Source of the DNA: Macrostomum lignano
Lineage: Eukaryota
NCBI GenBank assembly: GCA_002269645.1
Contig: NIVC01000238.1
Coordinates: forward strand, 103,118-167,117
Direction of reading: 5' to 3'
Length of the DNA: 64,000 bases
In this document: positions 61,180 through 64,000 of the stretch, one piece after another
Numbering within the stretch: position 1 is the stretch's first letter
How the letters are laid out: the number at the start of each line of letters is the position of its first letter
Program-made: the position numbers and the translations under genes
The notes under the pieces: model-generated
Databases searched by the model: none
The model's input: only the letters and a program-made list of their open reading frames with translations
Told to the model about the DNA's origin: nothing

Positions 61180-64000
61180 TGCCACTGCAACCGCTTGTTG
61201 AAGTGGGGATTGGCCAGTAATATTTTTACTCTGACGGTCACTGTTTAGGATATTCACAACCCTTAATTTGATTAGAGCGCTCTTCTATATGTAATCAATT
61301 TTTACATTATGCTGTTAAACCAATTAATCAGTTTCAATACTACTCACCAACTTCGAATCACTAGTAGTGTATGCGCATTTTAAAGTGCATAGCTTGAAAC
61401 CCAAGCGATGTCAAGGCGAATCGTTGTGACTTTCACTCAAGATTTGTTAGATTTCTGATCAGCTTCGCTTTCATGCTTAAAAACCATTTTGCTGTTTTCT
61501 TCCTGAAATCACGTCAAACTGAACTGTTATTTAACTGATTATTGAATCTTTAACTGCTTCTGACTTTGCAGTCAGACAACTCAAAAGGTTTTCAATTCCG
61601 GCTAATTACGAACTAATAAATACTGAAAGCACTCGGACGTCCCATGCAAGCCGCTCGTCTTTTTTTCCTACCAGAGGATTTCTGGAGGTTTTTTTGGACG
61701 AGCGGAATAAATTTGTGTGCTCAGCTGTCTTTAAGTGCCTGCTTTTGGCTTCTAGACGGAAAGCTCTATGAATATCAATCTTCTCTAACTATAAAAATAA
61801 AAACTGTGTGTACAATCTTGCTCGCTAGGTTAAAGGAATTCTAACACAGGCAGCAAACTCTGCAGCAGTTTACCAGTGGATGGCAAATCAAGGCAATGCA
61901 GCATGGTTTTGTAAAAGCGAAAAATTTATAAAAAAGCGATTACAATACAAACCTACCAAATTTTGACGCCATGGAAATTTTAACACAAAGTCTCACTTAA
62001 AGATACTTTAAAATTTAAATGCCTTCAAAGAAATGTGCATTTCCTTGATTGTAAGACTGCTGCAGACTGCAGTGGAGCTGGTGATACACAAATTCCTTTC
62101 AGGGCTGCAAATTGACCAGAAAGATGACGTGATCGAAGCAGTCAGCAAGAGGCTAACGGAATGAAGCAACCATGAGAGTAATCCGTTCCAAAAACCGGCT
62201 TTCGAAGCAGGGGTCGGCGAAAGAGAAAAGAGAAATGAGAGAGAAAAGAGAAGAGAGAGATGAGAAGAGATAAGAAAGCAAAGATAAAAGAGAAGAAAGG
62301 AGAGATGAGATGAGAAGATAGAGAAGTTTCAAAGGACTAAAGGGACGTAGAGAGAGGCAGGGGCCAGAGACCGGGTTTGCCAATGCCTGCTTTAGACAGA
62401 CGTTGCCTGACATTCTGCGCTGTACCCCAGCCGACGAGATCAATGCTTCACTCAAATCTTCATGCAACACGAATTTACTTCATTTTATGTCTACCTCTAT
62501 CCTAAGTATTAGCGAGTTTTTTAGGTATGACTTCAGATTTAAGAATGCAGGTCGAAATAGTTCCGGGATTGGAATTCAGCGGGTTCAGAATCGCGGGTTT
62601 CAACAGCTTGTAGAGCCATAAGAAATGCAGGACATCTCAAAAGATGAAAACTGGGTATGCCTCCTATCAAAAGCAATTTAACTTTTTGTGCTGAAACAGT
62701 GAAACCTCCTATAAATAAAAGCAAAACAATACGCATTGATGTAATCTAGCCATGACTGTGACAAAATATTGGCATGATACTTCCTGAGTTGCATTTTCGC
62801 ATAATGTATATCGATGCCACTTTCCTGACTAGATTCAAGTTTTAGCCGGTCATGTTGCTAAATGGCAGTTGTCAGATAAGTGTAGTGTTTGGGAGGCTAT
62901 ATGGCAGGATAGGAACAACGGTCGCAGTTCAGACACACAGGTGGACCAGCTGCAACCGTTTTGCTCCGGCTACCATTGGCTCTAAGAATTTTGAGGCAAT
63001 GCAATGTTCGGATTGGCATCTCAGAGGCCTAAGAAGCTGATTGGCTCAGAAACGTATTGAGTGTATAATTCTTGTAGCACGGACACGAAACTACACCAAA
63101 CCAACACCTCTGAACTGTAAAAAGCAAGTCTAAGTAGTAATAAAAACTATTTTCTTAGGAGAGCAAACCATATTAGCCATGTTCACACTCCTAGAAGTTC
63201 CATGCTGCCTTTTCAGCCTGCTGTCTGTCGCGTCCGGTGTCTGCGTCCGCTTCCGCGTCATCTCCGGTGTCCCGGAAACGTGACCGACCTGTCGCAGGTC
63301 AGCGGAGTTCGAGACCCTCGCACCTGCTCGGTGGAGTGCGCAGTGCGACCCAACTGCCACCGCCGTGTTCAAGCGAGACGCACTTGCTATCTGGCCACTG
63401 CCGCTCAGTATGAGCGCTGTGGAGACCGCTGGACTGCGTCAGCGAGTAAGTTGGCTCTCTGTCATTTCGTTCTGTCTTGTTTTTATATTGCCTATTGTGA
63501 ATTGCATTGACCAGACAGCCTCAACAACTGCTCCAGCGTCAAGCACCGCCACTGCCTCCAGCCTCAACCACTGCTCCAGCCTCAACCACTGCTCCAGCCT
63601 CAACCACTGCTCCAGCCTCAACCACTGCTCCAGCCTCAACCACTGCCTCCAGCCCTCAACCACTGCTCCAGCCTCAACCACTGCTCCAGCCTCAACCACT
63701 GCTTCAGCCTCAACCACTGCTCCAGCCTCAACCACTGCCTCCAGCCTCAACCACTGCTTACCTCCAGCCTCAACCACTGCTCCAGCCTCAACACTGCTCC
63801 AGCCCCAACCACTGCTCCAGCCTCAACCACTGCTCCAGCCTCAACCACTGCTCCAGCCTCAACCACTGCTCCAGCCTCAACACTGCTCCAGCCTCAACCA
63901 CTGCTCCAGCCTCAACCACTGCTTTCAGCCTTAACTACTGCTCAGATGCCCAGCAAACTCAATTCGGTTGCGAGAGACTGCCGACAGCAACAATCACTAT
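60605..64000 (+). repeat. Segmental duplication unit C
   Basis: Near-identical to 1-3184; lacks about 110 bp present near 740-848 in unit A. Confidence 0.95.
63179..64000 (+). pseudogene. PAN-mucin copy 10, multiply frameshifted
   Basis: Same ggtgtcccgga lesion as copy 1 plus several extra 1-nt indels; acceptor of exon 2 missing. Confidence 0.7.

Overview
Eukaryotic (animal-like) genomic DNA with GT-AG introns, GC-rich exons and AT-rich introns; the host species cannot be fixed from sequence alone. Four layers are present. (1) A tandem family of about 10 copies (intact, pseudogene or remnant) of small secreted proteins: signal peptide + PAN/apple-like domain exon, a phase-0 intron, then a Thr/Ala/Ser/Pro mucin-like repeat exon, in several copies ending in a chitin-binding type-2-like Cys domain. 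(2) Three copies of a gene for a secreted PAN-like + ALK/LTK-type glycine-rich-domain protein, each followed by a PAN-mucin gene and forming a segmental duplication (1-3.2 kb, 48-51.6 kb, 60.6-64 kb). (3) A young full-length Ty3/Gypsy LTR retrotransposon (17646-28178, minus strand, GGTA target duplication). (4) Minisatellites, CORE-like tRNA-SINEs, a hAT MITE, a 5'-truncated LINE, and orphan exons nested in a 9.9-kb intron. The most notable observation is in the retrotransposon: it carries a cold-shock domain plus a coiled coil between Gag and protease, reached through a canonical -1 frameshift signal. Its 3' non-coding region holds an array of six covarying hairpins and a second exact copy of the polypurine tract. 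The CSD is hidden from the ORF track by a one-base break.
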